DNA from: Narcine bancroftii
Taxonomy: Eukaryota
Assembly: GCF_036971445.1 (NCBI RefSeq)
Contig: NC_091470.1
Span: forward strand, 105,896,001-105,960,000
Direction: 5' to 3'
DNA length: 64,000 bases
Shown: positions 13,540 through 26,909 of the stretch, piece by piece
How the letters are laid out: each line of letters begins with the position of its first letter
How positions within the stretch are numbered: the first letter of the stretch is position 1
Notes under the pieces: generated by a model
What the model was told of the DNA's origin: nothing
Seen by the model: only the letters and a program-made list of their open reading frames with translations
The model's database searches: none
Position numbers and translations under genes: made by a program

Positions 13540-14925
13540 AAGGGTTCTTCATCCCACCAGTCCTCACCATGTTCCCCAGTCACCTCCACACCTGGCACAT
13601 CACTGTCATTTCTGCCAGATGTAATGCGATCCCACCACCAGCCACATTTCCAACCGCCCCCCCCCGCCACCCCACCCTTTATGATTCCATGATCTACTTA
13701 GTCTTTCCCACCCAACTTTTTCTGACACTTTCCCCACACTTACTTCAGCAAAACTTCAGAAGGTGCAACACTTGTTCCAACACCTCCTCCCTCACAACCT
13801 TCCAGTGATGTAAACAGCCCTTCCAGATGACACATGCACCTCCTCTGCCCCTGGTGTAATGTACTCAATGCTCCTGATATGACCTCTACATTAGTGAGTC
13901 CAAATGCACAGGCCAAGAAAGGTGGTGAGGGAGGAGGCGTGGGTGCAAATGGAGCATTATCTGTGGTCACAGGTGTAGGTGCCTAGGGGTGGTTGGTGGG
14001 AAGGGATGAGTGAATGAGGGACTCGTGGAGAGAGCAGTCCTTGTGGAAGGCAGAGAGGGGAATGTGTGGTGGGATCACGTAGTAGGTGGCAGAAATGACA
14101 AAGGATGTGGAGATTGGTGGGATGGTAGGTGAGGACTGGGGGAAGCCTGTCTTGTTCACGAGGGGATGAAGGGAGCCAGGGCACATGTGCAGGTAATGAG
14201 GATATGTGAGTGAGGGCTAAGTTGAGAGTGGTAGAAGGAAAGCCACATATTTTGAAGGAGAATACCCCAAATGATCTGGCATGAAAGACCCCATCCTGGG
14301 AGCCGATGCGATGGAGACAGAGGAATTGAGAGAATAGAATCCTTAAAGGGGATAGAGTGTGAAGAGGCTGTTACCAACTCAATTCTGCCTGCCCAAGTTA
14401 AGAAATTGACCAGAGTCAGCCCACACTGCCACTCCCATCTCGCCAATGAGTGGCTGCTGGAAACTGAGCCATTGATGAAATCAGGCAAATAAATACACCT
14501 GGAAATTGGAGGAACACCTCAAATTCCACTTGGGCACCCTACAGTCAGATGGCATTAACATCGACTCTCCAGCTTGTTAGTTCCCTCTCCCACCCATCTC
14601 TCTCCTCCCCTATCCCTCCTTTCCTCCAGCTATGCATTTACAGAGTCACCCCCTCACCCAATCAATTCTCAACTTTATCTCCTGTCCTCCTATTCATGTC
14701 CAATGGTCATCTTTTGTTTGTTGGACTGTGCTCCTCTCCCAGCCTTTTCACTCAGGCACCCACCTGCTTTTTTGCACATATCCTGAAGCAGTGCTCAGGC
14801 CCAAAATATTAATTATATATCTTCATCTACTATGGGTGTTACATGACCTGCTGAATTCCTACATCAATTTTTTTGGGTGTTTACTACAATCTACACCTGT
14901 AGTCTTGGCGTTTCACATTTAAATA
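13540..14925. mobile_element. Cluster of Penelope-like fragments in both orientations
   Basis: PPVLTYHPTN peptide on minus (13957..14184); GIY-YIG-adjacent and terminal sequence on plus. Confidence 0.7.
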
Positions 14926-15064
14926 CGTGATTCAGTTGCGCTTTTCTTCCGTAACCTTAAGGGTCTTCTGAGGCCCGATGATCTGGCTTTGATATGAATG
15001 TAGCCCAGGTAAGATTTACTGAGGTAATAAACCAGTTTCGACATTAGCTGGACGGGAGAACCCA

Positions 15065-16440
15065 TAGAGTGGTGCTCTCAGACTGGAGGCCTGCGACTAG
15101 TGGTGTGCCTCAGGGATCGATGCTGAGACTGTTGTTGTTTGTCATCATCAATGATCTGGATGATAATGTGGTAAAATTAGATTAGCAAATTTCCAGATGA
15201 CACTAAAGCCGCTTTCAAGTGGCCAGATACCTCAACATAAAGCCACCTAAAATACCGGAATGCAGCTGTGTGGAGGCCACCTGAAAGCGGAGAACCCTGA
15301 CCAGAGGAGTACTTACCCAACCCTCCTCGGGTAGGCATATTCTCCACTTCCAAGTGCTCCCCCAAGGCACCTGAAAGCGGGTGGGACAACAACCAGAATC
15401 GATAGGAGCCGGCGTTTGCTCCGCGGCGCCTCTCCCTACTGCGGACCTATCAGGTACCAGAACAGTGCCTTCAGCGCTGCCACCTGAACGTTGCTTCACA
15501 CACACACCTGCAGCCGGCTCCAGAGCCACATTCTCCCAGCTATTCCACCTGAAAGTGGCTTAAGATTGGAGGTGTGGACAGTGAAGAAAGTTTTCAAGGC
15601 TCACAGATGTATCTGGATCAGCTGGAAAAATGAGCTGACAAATGGCAGATGGAATTTAATGTAGGTAAGTGTGAGGCGTTGCATTTTGGAAGGACAAACC
15701 AACAAAAGACGAACACAGTAAATGATAGGGCACCGAGGAGTGGAGTAGAACAGAGGGACCTGGGAATACAGATACATAATTCCCTGAATATTGCATCATA
15801 GGTAGATATGATTGTAAAGAGAGCTTTAGACATATTGGCATCCATACATCAAAGTACTGAATATCGAAGTTGGGATGTTATGTTAAAGTTGTATAAGACA
15901 TTGGTAAGGCCAAGTTTGGAGTGTTGTGTGCAGTTACGGTCACATAATTACAGGAAAGACATCAACAAGATAGAAAGACTGCAGGTTTTCTAGGATGTTG
16001 TCTGGATCTTAGGAACTGAGTTACAAGGAAAGGTGAAACAGATTAGGACTTTTTTCCCTGAGCATAGAAGAACAGGGGGGGGGGGGGGGGGGGGAAAGAT
16101 TGATAGAGGTATTTAAAATTATGAAGGGTTTAAACAGATCAAATGTAAGTAGGCTTTTTCCACTGAGGATAGGTGAGATACAAACCAGAGGACTTGGTTT
16201 AAGGGTGAAAGGGGAAAAGTTTAGGGGGAATTTCTTCACACAGAGTGAGTGGTGGGAATGTGGAATAAACTGCCAGCTAAAGTGTAGAATGTGGCCTTAA
16301 TTTTAATATTATAGAAAAATTTGGACAGGTACATAGATGGGAGAGGTATGGAGGGCCATGGACTAGGTGCAGGTCAGTAGGACGAGGCAGAGAAATGGAC
16401 TGACACAGAATGGCTGAAGGGCCTGTTTCGGTGCTGAAAT
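15065..16440 (+). mobile_element. CR1-type LINE fragment interrupted by a Harbinger MITE
   Basis: SGVPQGS, KF.DDTKIG, LYKTLVRP.LE.CVQ remnants. Confidence 0.85.
15207..15560. mobile_element. PIF/Harbinger-type MITE
   Basis: TIRs AGCCGCTTTCAAGTGG / CCACCTGAAAGTGGCT; TAA TSD (15204-06, 15561-63); removing it restores CR1 gatgacactaagattgg. Confidence 0.8.
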
Positions 16441-16744
16441 GTTCAGTGATCCAAAGGAGAATGAATTTTCATTACAGTGAGACCCCCCCCCCCCCCCCAA
16501 AATTCAAACCAACGCCGGTCATGATTTCAGTTGTATTTTAAGTTTGTGCAGATCACTTTCCACTGTTGATTTCATCACGGATTTATGGGGAAGCCAGGGA
16601 CAAAGAAAGGGACACCAGACAAGTCAATACTGTTGCAGAGGCAGCTTGCATGGAAAATAAACTACAATCTTGGACCAAGCTGGGTCAAATGGCATACTCT
16701 GGTGTGGGGGGGGGGAATCGTCTCCGTCATTTGCAAAGACTTAC

Positions 16745-16888
16745 CAAAATGCAGCGGCCTGGCTCTAAGCTCCACATCGAGTTTTCAGTGTTGATTTTGT
16801 GTGTTAGTTTTCCGTCCACAACGACTCGCTCGCTCCCTCCTTCAAACATAGCCACGCGCAACCTGTTGCTCTGTATGTCGACAGACAC
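16745..16888 (-). CDS. NUDCD3: NUDCD3 coding exon 4 (VSVDIQSNRLRVAMFEGGSERVVVDGKLTHKINTENSMWSLEPGRCIL)
   Basis: Matches GKLTHKINTE..WSLEPG; ctacgcag| acceptor, TTG|gtaagt donor; 144 nt. Confidence 0.95.
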
Positions 16889-17084
16889 CTGCGTAGAAGT
16901 AAAGTGAAATGAGGATCAGCCTTTCTCCCAATCTCCTTGCGACTATCGAGTAGTTGAGAGCAGGAGCAACATCATTTTGAGGTCAATTCACAAATATGAG
17001 TGGAGGAGCTCATATTGTGCCGACCGACTGAGTATCTCCAGCACGTTTGTTTATTGCACTCAACCTCAGCATCTGCAGTCTTTC

Positions 17085-18158
17085 TTGAGGTCACCGTTCA
17101 TCTGGTACTTGATCCTCCTCACCGACAATCAACGTGGGAACACCTCAGGGATGCGTGCCTAGCCCTCTGCTCTACTCGCTCTACACCCGTGACTATGTGG
17201 CTTGGCACCGTTCAAATGCCGTCTACAAATTTGCCGATGATGCCACAGTCGTCAGCAGAATCACTGTCAACACAGTTTGCTTACATTTGATGCCTATTTA
17301 CAGTTCTTTTATCTGTTTCCATCTTTACGCTGTGTAGTTAATTTTTTGCACTGCCAATTGGTGGCAATTCTGCCATGCCTAGAGGAAAAAGGAATCTCAA
17401 GGTTGTAGGTGATGCCATGTATGTACTCGGACAATAAATCTGAAATCTGAGAATGACAGACGGCAATAAGGAAGCATGAAGGAAGGAGATGCCTCAGCTT
17501 GTTGAGTGGTGTCACCACAACTTGAACTCAATGTTAGCAAAACCAAGAAGATTATTGTGGAGTTTTGGAAAGGGAAATCAGGAGATCACGAACCAATCCT
17601 CATGAAGGGGAAGCAGTGGAAAGAGTTAAGAGTTTCAGGTTCCTGGGTTTCAAAATCTCTGAGGATCTGTCCTGGGGTCTACACCAGTACATGAGGAGTT
17701 GTGGAGAGTCACCAAAGTCTCTTGCAAATTTGTACGGTGGAGAGCATTTTGACTGGTTGCATCTCTGTCTGGTATGGAGGTGCCAATGCACAGGACAGGA
17801 AAAAAAATTCCAGAGCTGTAACTCCAGAGCCTGCGACATCACGGGCATCAGGCTCCAGACCATCAAGGACACCTACAAGAGGAGATGTCTTTAGAAAGCA
17901 GCCTCCATCTTTAAGGACCCTAGGCCATGCCCTCTTCATTCTGCTACCATTGGGAAGGAGGCACAGAAGCCTGAGGATGAACAGTCAGTGGCACAAGGAC
18001 AGCTTCTTCCCCTCCACCATCGGATTTCTGAATGGACCATGAACACAGACACCACTTCACTTTCTTTTATTTTTGAAATAATTTATTGATTTTTAAATGT
18101 AATTTGATAGCAATATTTGCACTGTAATGTAACGTGTTAATGACAATAAATTCTGATT
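17085..18158 (+). mobile_element. Rex1/Babar LINE fragment
   Basis: GTPQGCVPSPLLYSLYT, KFADD, ESILTGCISVWYG; aataaattctgatt tail. Confidence 0.85.
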
Positions 18159-19436
18159 AGGAGAAGACCCTGTTCAGTCTCACACCTAAAATCCACCTGA
18201 ATTATGGGAAATTGATGCATCAACCAAACACCGGCATCTCCAATGCTACTGTGACCTATGACATCAGTCTAGATCAGACATTCTCAGCCTTTCTTTTGGC
18301 GATGGCCTCCTTTGGACTCTGCACAAACTTAGTTGGTTTCTTTAATACTTCTCTGCAACTAACCTCATAAAAACCACAAGTCCCTTAAATGTGATGTGGC
18401 CCCTGGCAGGGGGGTGAGGAGGGAGGGTGGGGGGGGGGAATACAGAGAGGTGCAGCTGAATGGCTGGTCATATTACCAAGTAAAATTTTGGTATGGCACC
18501 GGAAATTATAATTTCGATGCCAGTGTGCCAGCAGCTGAAACACCACTGCCAAAATTTTAACATAACCTCCTAAACTTAACAAGTTCTACTAAAAATGTCC
18601 CATCACCTTTGTTGGCCACACAAGCAAAAATACTAGTAGTGTAATGGATTTGCAAAGTCCATTGCAAATGGACTTGTTTTTTGTTAACCGTCTCCTCCAA
18701 CCCAACAAATTTCAGTATTAATTTTAAAATATAAACATTTCTTTGTAACATTATTTGAGAAACACCGTATGTGAATGAGCCTTCTGCTTCTTGGACTAGA
18801 ATATTGGTGGACAGTTTGCATCTGGTCAAACTCCACACTGATCCAGATAACCTTGCAATGCCATGAAATCACAAATGTGCAAACTTAAATGTTTAATTTT
18901 TTTTTAATTGCTTAAATTTAGATATACACCACTGTAACAGGCCCTTTCAGCCCACAAGCCCATGCTGCCCAATTACACACCCGACTGACTACCCTCCCAG
19001 TACATTTTGAAGGGTGGAAGGAAATTAGAGCCCCTGGGGGAAACCTATACAGACATGGGGAGAATGTACAAACTCCTCACAGACAGAGCTGGATTCGAAC
19101 CATGGCACTATAACAGCATTGTGCTAACCCGCCTCGCTAACCTTCCCATTCACATGAAAAGGTCTTTGGAAGGGGACAATTACAAGCCAATCCTGACAAA
19201 CTGGTTTGCCAAAACCTGTATTGCGTTCAGCAGATACAGATGAACCAAGGCTTCCGTGAAGTAATAAGTGGAACCTGGTGGTGCATGAACAGGAACCCTG
19301 AAAAAGCTTTCCTCCTTCTTCGTCCTTGGATGCAGAGCTTACCAGTACTGAATTTTAAACTTGTCCAAAAAAAAATTCTCTGTCAGTGTATCTGAAAGTT
19401 AAACTTTTCTTCAGTCTGCTGGGGATTAGTTGTTAC

Positions 19437-19560
19437 CTGTCTTCCTTTAACGATCTGCTTGGAAACTGGCACCTTCACTTCCAGGTCTGAATAATCCTGG
19501 GACCAAGAGTAGTTATCTCTCACAGCCCCATTATAGCTGTCAGAATTTTCTTCACATTTC
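19437..19560 (-). CDS. NUDCD3: NUDCD3 coding exon 3 (KCEENSDSYNGAVRDNYSWSQDYSDLEVKVPVSKQIVKGRQ), start of CS/p23 domain
   Basis: Hand translation matches DSYNGAVRENYTWSQDY; tttacag| acceptor, CAG|gtaaca donor; 124 nt restores phase 0. Confidence 0.95.
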
Positions 19561-19944
19561 CTGTAAACAAACCAGTAGATAAATCAATTCAACACATCCC
19601 TAAGTCCATCAAGATATTAGATTTCAAATTTATTCTCCGAGAACGACACATCACATACAATCCTTTTCCTGCTGGCGAGGCAAAATTATCACTTATCGGT
19701 TAAAAAAAACTGTACACAAGGCAAACAAATAAAGCAATGTTAACAAACTGATTGTGCAATACAGAAAGGATTTTAAAAAAACAATAGCGTGCAAAAGAAA
19801 GTCCTTAAGTGAGTCCCAACTGAGCATATTGTTGAGGAGTCCAATGGCAGCAGCTGTTCCTGAACCTGGTGGTGGACAAAACCAGCTTTACAAGGCCCAT
19901 ATAATCCAGACATTAAAGTGTAATCTCTTTTCACATCTCTGAAA

Positions 19945-20460
19945 ATCTATCCTGGGTCTTTCATGTTGATGCAACAATGAAGAAACTTGCCTGTCATTCG
20001 GATTTTGAGGAGATTTGGCATGTCACCAAAGATTCTCGCAAATTTCTACAAATGTACCATGGACATATACAACGTATAGGACAGAAAAAGACTACGGAGT
20101 TGTGAACATGGCCAGTGCCATCATGGGCATTAGTCTTCACCTGATCAAGGACAACTCCAAGAGGCAGTGCTTCAAGAAAGCAGCCTCTATCCTCAAGGAC
20201 CCCCACCTCCCAGGCCATGCCTTCTTCTCACTGCTATCATTGGGGAGGTGGTACAGGAGCCTGAAGCTGAGCACCCAACGGAACAAAAAAAAAGCCTCTT
20301 CCCCTTGTCATTAGATTTCTGAATGGACAATGAGCCACAGACACTACCTCACTTCTCTTTGTTTGCACTAATTATTTTTTTAAAAATGTAATTCATACCA
20401 AGTTTTGCGCTTGTAACGCTGCCGCAAATCAACAAGTTCACGACAATAAATTCTCATTCT
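19945..20460 (+). mobile_element. Rex1/Babar 3' fragment
   Basis: KKAASILKDPHLPGHAFF peptide; aataaattct tail. Confidence 0.8.
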
Positions 20461-20478
20461 GGAAACTCTGTGCAAATA

Positions 20479-20947
20479 TTTTTTCTTTCTTTGGCTTGGC
20501 TTCGCGGACGAAGATTTATGGAGGGGGTAAAAAGTCCATGTCAGCTGCAGGCTCGTTTGTGGCTGACAAGTCCGATGCGGGACAGGCAGACACGATTGCA
20601 GCGGTTGCAAGGGAAAATTGGTTGGTTGGGGTTGGGTGTTGGGTTTTTCCTCCTTTGCCTTTTGTCAGTGAGGTGGGCTCTGCGGTCTTCTTCAAAGGAG
20701 GTTGCTGCCCGCCAAACTGTGAGGCGCCAAGATGCACGGTTTGAGGCGTTATCAGCCCACTGGCGGTGGTCAATGTGGCAGGCACCAAGAGATTTCTTTA
20801 GGCAGTCCTTGTACCTTTTCTTTGGTGCACCTCTGTCACGGTGGCCAGTGGAGAGCTCGCCATATAACACGATCTTGGGAAGGCGATGGTCATTCTGGAG
20901 ACGTGACCCATCCAGCGCAGCTGGATCTTCATAAGCGTGGACTCGAT
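20479..20947 (-). mobile_element. RTE LINE 3' fragment, same family as 36016-37025
   Basis: ORF 20541..20870 is nearly identical in peptide; same ttcgtccgcgaagccaagccaaaga tail. Confidence 0.92.
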
Positions 20948-21879
20948 TTACACCTTATTTTAATATACAAAGTGTGATTCTTAAAATGGTGTCAATCTGC
21001 AGCTGCTTTTGTGCTCAGCGCATAGCAAATGAGAATTATATTGGTGTTGTCCAAAATAGGTCATTGCAAAAGCCAGCAAATAAAGGAAGCACACATTCAT
21101 TCCCACAGGACTAAAGGGGAATACTAATTTACTGCAAAATCCAATTAATGCTAAAAGCAAGAGCACACAGACAATCGTTCTCCATAATCATTAGGACTTT
21201 GATGCTGTCTTTCTGAAGAGATGCAATTTGCCTGTTGAGGCAATGTGTCTCATTTAGTGGGGCTGTGTTGGTTGTGGTGAAAACAGGACAATGGTCGCTC
21301 AGATGATGCTTATTTAATCTGGCAGATATAATGTTCAGTTGGCATTGTAAATGGGACTGGATCTGTGGTTTGCTTATTCATGATCTTCTTCAAAATAAAG
21401 ACACATTCATTTAGTATTTTGTTGGCCAGAAATTCCGGAGAGTCAAGAAATATTATCTTAGAGTTCATGAATAAGTCAAGTTGATGTTGATTTTGAAAGA
21501 TATTATGAGATCAAGAGACTATTGTGCCTGCTCCAGCAATGTATTTAACTGCCAATGGTCAGATCTCCAAAGTACTACAAATCATCAAAAGCCTTAACTT
21601 AAATGTGGTAGAAATGTTCTGCTGAATTAGAGCTAAATTTATAAATAGAGGATTTGAAAACTTAGTCAATTACACATGAATAATTTTCCAATTTCTGCTA
21701 CTTCCTTGCCTTGTCCCGTTGTGAATTCTCCATTCACAAGATTCATTGCTTAAATCCAGCCCCCTCCACCTGCTCAACTATTGCCCTTACATCTCACTGG
21801 TTGACATTGTTAACTAACACCCATGAGCAACCAGGTGGACAAACAGGTCACAGACTGATTCTTTATACAGAACAGTCTG

Positions 21880-22935
21880 AGTTTCCACAGGAAAAGAGAA
21901 TGCTGGAAGAACACGGAGTCCAGCAGCATCAGTGGAGACAAATCGAGTCAAATGTTCCAAGTTAAGACTCTGCATCAGAATTGACAGGGAAGAGGAAAGA
22001 AGGCCAGTATTTAGAAGTACGTAGGAAGGCGGAACAGAAGCTGATGGTGATGGGGAGAAGCAAAGAGGGAGGGGATATGGGGCAGATGCAGCCAGGTAGA
22101 GGAGAGGGTGGGATAAGACAGATGAGCAAAGAAGGATTTTTTAAAAAGGAGTGGACGATCATTGGGGGGTGCAGTAAAAACACAGAAATGCTAGAGGAAC
22201 TCAGCCAGTCTCGCAGCGTCCATAGGAAGAAAAGATATATTACTGATATTTCGGGCCTGAGCCCTTTGTCAAAATGAAAGCAAAAAGCAGGCAGACGTCT
22301 GAATTAAAGACTGGGGAGAAAAAGGGGTAAAACGGGAGGGGGATGAGTCCAGACCAACAAACAAAAGGTACTAATTGGATACAAGAAGAAAGGTGAGAAT
22401 TGATTGTGAACTCCTTGGCTCTGTCCACTGCAATAGCCACACATTACAATTCCTCATCCCATTCCCTTGCTGACATGTCTGAGACCACTTGCAATTTGGA
22501 GGAACAACATCTCATCTTCTGACTGGGCCCCCTCCAAACAGATGACATTAACATCGACCTCCAGCTTCCATTAACCACCACCCCCACCTTCTTTCCTGTC
22601 TCCTTTCTGCAAGTTTTCTCTCTCTCTTCCCCCTCCCCTTTGTCTCCTTTCACAGAGCTAAATTCAATTCTTACCCTTCCTCTTATCATATCCAATTAAC
22701 ACCTTTTGTTTGTTGGTCTGGACTTCTCCTCCTCCCATTCTTCCCCCTTTCTCTCCCCAGTCTTTAATTGAGAGACCTGCCTGCTTTTTTGCTTAGACCT
22801 TGAAGAGGGGTTCAAGTCTGAAGTGTCAGTAATATATCTTTACCTCCTATGGATACTGAAAGACCAGCTGAGTTCCTCCAGCATTTCTGATTTTTTTTCT
22901 ACTATCACAGCATCTACAGACTTTTATTTTTCGCT
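21880..22935. mobile_element. Penelope-like termini arranged as an inverted pair
   Basis: About 22182-22403 is the reverse complement of about 22662-22890. Confidence 0.75.
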
Positions 22936-24231
22936 ACATGGGGAATGTTGACTACCTGAAATTGGAACATTCAAGGTTCCTACTGTTGGGTTTCAAGATT
23001 TCAAAGCAAAATACAAGCCATTGTTCTTCAATGTGCGCTTTCCTTCTCTGGAGCAATGGAGAGATTGGGGACAGCTGGGTCCATATGGGAAAGGGAAGCA
23101 GAATTAAAATGACATTCAAGTTGAAGCATAAATATCAATGATGTCTGTCTCCTAAAATGGAGACAGCAAGATCCGGAAAAGGAAGGATCAGAGATTGTCC
23201 AGGAGAAATCCAAGGGCAGGATGGAGGATGGCAGAAACGGGGATGAAACAAGTTTAGGAGGGTTGGGGTAAAGTGATATGCCAGAATAGGACTAAAGGGT
23301 GTTGAACATGGCCAATTAAATGGCAGATGAAGCTGAGGCCCATGCGAGTACCCATGACTGGCCTGTAGAAAGTGGAAGGATATGAAAGGTCTGTGCCCAC
23401 TTTTGAAAATGGAACCCATTGGTTCATCCCATTTCTCGCCAATTTCCTTTTCCAAGAACATCTGCAATTATTTGCCCTTGAAAATAATTATCAGGTTATT
23501 TTGCCTTCAATTCACTACAAGAACAGCTCCTTGGAAACGAATGGATTGTCAAGCACTTAGCGTTAACATTAAACACTAAGTTAAGGTTACTCATCTTAGT
23601 GTGGTTGAACAGAGGGATCTTGGGGTCCAAATCCATCCATCTCTCAAGGTTGTTACATAGTTTGATAGGATAACTAAGAAGAATTATGGGATACTGGGCT
23701 TCATTAATAAGAGAATTGAGTTCAAGAGTAGAGAGGTCATGTTGTAACTCAACAAACCTCTGGTGAGACGACACAGAGTATTTGTTCCGTTCTAGTTATC
23801 TCATTATAGGAAGGACGTGGAATCTATGGAAAGGGTGAAGAGATTTACCAGCTAAGGTGAATGGAAAGGAGCAAGGACAATGGGGTTGAGAGGAAAAATA
23901 CATCAGCCGTGATTTGAATGGGGCAGCAGATTTATGGGCCAAATGGCCCAATTCAGCTCCTACATCAGGTCAACACAGACAATTCCGTTAATACTAACTT
24001 TTTTCCTAGGGAAATAGTTCTTGAATCGAATATTTGTGTGGTATTGGGACTGGTCGGTCACTTCAAGAAGCCCATCAGGGAACAGATAATTAGGCTCCTC
24101 AGTCCGACCATGTCCTTTGAAGAGAAATGGAATGTTATTCCATTGTGCGTTTCCTGTTCAGGCAACAGAATAGCATTGCCCATCCAAGGAGAGACTCAAA
24201 TGGTCTCTGCAGGGTCGCTCTGTGAATATGA

Positions 24232-24499
24232 ACCAGGCCGTGCCCTCTTCACTCTGCTACCACGGGGAAAAAGGTACAGGAGCCTAAAGACAAGCGCCCA
24301 GCGGCACAAGGACAGCTTCGTCCCTGTTGCCATCAGATACCTGAATAATCAATGAACCAAAGACACTAGCTTAATTTTCGTGCACTGTTATTTAACTTAC
24401 AGTGGCCTTGAAATGACCGACATGTCAGCTCAGAGGAGGGGTGAAGAATTGAAATGAAATGTCATTGATGCGGACAGAGTGTAGGTGCTCAGCAAACCA
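24232..24499 (+). repeat. Local duplication of 25123-25539 with about 149 nt internally deleted
   Basis: Near-identical sequence in two blocks (offsets 891 and 1040). Confidence 0.93.
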
Positions 24500-25046
24500 T
24501 TACAATAAGCTATTACAATAAGAAACTTAAAAGAAGAGCATGGGTGGATTGGCCCTTTGTTTTCTCCACCACCTCTATCCAAAATGCACCTAACTACTCA
24601 ATCTGACCCTCACCAGATGCAAAGGTACACCTAAAGCAAAACAAAAGTGATTTCCTTGAGCAAACTCCATTATTTAATTGATGATATTCAGAAGCATGGA
24701 AGAAAGCTATTCAGACGTAAAACATGACACTGTGATTGAAGTAAAACGCAATGGTGAAGAAATTCAGCAGGTCAAACAGTGTACTTTATACAGCAAAGAT
24801 AATCATTTCGGGCTTGAGCCCCACATCAAGGTATGAGCAAAATTTAGACAGGCATCCTAACAAAATGGTGGGGGTGGGGGGCAGGGGTGGAGCACAGGCT
24901 GACAGGCAGGAGGTAATATGTGGAGAGAAGAGAGGGAGGGGGGATGGCTCAGTGAATGGAGAGGGGGTGGACAGCTGAAGCGAAGATGGGGTAGGAGAAG
25001 GAGTACAGGGAGTGGTCTGGCAGAAACTGGAGAAGTCGATGTTATC

Positions 25047-25383
25047 AGGCTTCATTCTGTCGAGGACATCTACATGAAGTGGTGTCTTAAGAAAGCAACC
25101 TCTATTCTCAAGGTTGCCCCCGACCAGGCCGTGCCCTCTTCACTCTGCTACCACGGGGAAAAAGGTACAGGAGCCTAAAGACGAGCGCCCAGCGGCACAA
25201 GGACAGCTTCGTCCCTGTTGCCATCAGATACCTGAATAATCAATGAACCAAAGACACTACCTTAATTTTCGTGCACTGTTATTTAACTTTTTTTATAGTA
25301 ATGTTGTAAGATATTTGCACTTTGATGCGGCAGCAAAACACTGAATGTCATGACTTATTCATGACAATAAATTCTGAGTCTGA
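25047..25383 (+). mobile_element. Rex1/Babar 3' fragment inserted in a minus-strand Penelope-like fragment (about 24721-25590)
   Basis: Same 3' end as the other Rex copies; Penelope-like sequence resumes on both sides. Confidence 0.75.
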
Positions 25384-26909
25384 TGTCATCTGGCTGGAGA
25401 GGGCCCAGACAGAATATGAGGTATTGCTCCTCCAATTTACAGTGGCCTTGGTATGACCGACATGTCAGCTCAGAGGAGGGGTGAAGAATTGAAATGAAAT
25501 GTCATTGATGCGGACAGAGTGTAAGTGCTCAGCAAACCAAATCTCCCAGTCTGCATCCAGTCTTTCCGATGCAGAGAAGGTCACAATGGGATAATTCCCC
25601 ACCAAACTCTTTATAAGACTGTTTATCCTGTTTGAACTTTTAAAGTATATATACAACTCCCATTGAAGGTTAGGACTAAATCTGCTTCCAGCAGACTTTT
25701 CGGCCATTGCAATTTGGGCTCACAGCCGCGTATGATCTGCAATAAAATCAGATCTCTGGACAACAACACTGCTGGCAATATATTTCCCTTTGTACTCTTG
25801 TTGAATTTGAATCTTCTTCTTAACCAAGTTCAAAAGGAACAATAGCAGTTTCTCAGCTGTCCTTCCAGTGAAGCTCTTACACCTTCTCCAAGCTTTAACA
25901 TTCTGTCTCGAAGTTATCCCAGAATTAGTCACAATCCTCCAGCTAAAGCCTCAGCCACTGTTTATAAAGATTTACCTGGACAGCGCAGTTAGTGTAGCGG
26001 TTAGCACAAAGCTATTACAGTACCAGCATGCCAGCGCTGGAACCTTTCAAGGAGAGCTGGGACTTTACACGCTGGAGTGTAGGGAGATTATTGGGGGAAT
26101 CCATAGAGCTCTATCAAATCACGAGGGCATAGATAAGGTGAACAGTCACACTTTTTTCCCCAGGGTTGGGAAGTCTAAAATGAGAGGGTATAGATTTAAG
26201 ATGATAGGGGAAAGATTTAAAGAAGTCCTAAAGGGTACCTTCTTCACGCCGAGGGTAGTGGGTAAGTGGAGCGAGGATGCCGTAAAAGCAGGACACATTT
26301 TAATGTTCAAAAGACATTTAGACAGGTAGGATGTTAGGGAAGGTGAGAGAGATGTGAGCTTCACGCAAATGGAACTAGCTTGGATATCATGGATAAGTTG
26401 CACTGAAGAAGCCGGTGTCTGAGCTACAACATTTCTTTTGTGTTTTTATTCATCTCATTGTGCATTTTCTTAAAGAAAACAACCTCATTTTTCAAGTTGA
26501 CAACATAGTTGATACATGTATGCAAATCTTCCTTCCCCTTCTTTTATTTAGTTTACATAATTCTTCTCTTTTGTCTTCCAAAATGCATCCAGTTAATATT
26601 TGTTGAACTCCTCTATCTATCTCAGTTCTTGTCGTTCAAAGTACAAAACTAAGGTTTAATCGGGTATGACGTTAATGAGGGAGCAAGCAGGGAGAAGAAA
26701 AATAAAAACCCTGTTTGTCTGCAGGTACACATCTGCAATGCAGCAGATGATCTTACTTAGTTCAGTGAAACGGAAACCACATGCATATCAAGGGAATCTA
26801 AGATACCCACCCACCTTGGGCAGGCAGAAAAGGGACACCAGCATTTATCTCCACAAAACTGCAACATCTTAATATCGAATCTTCAGTTTAAAACATAGTG
26901 CACACGTAC

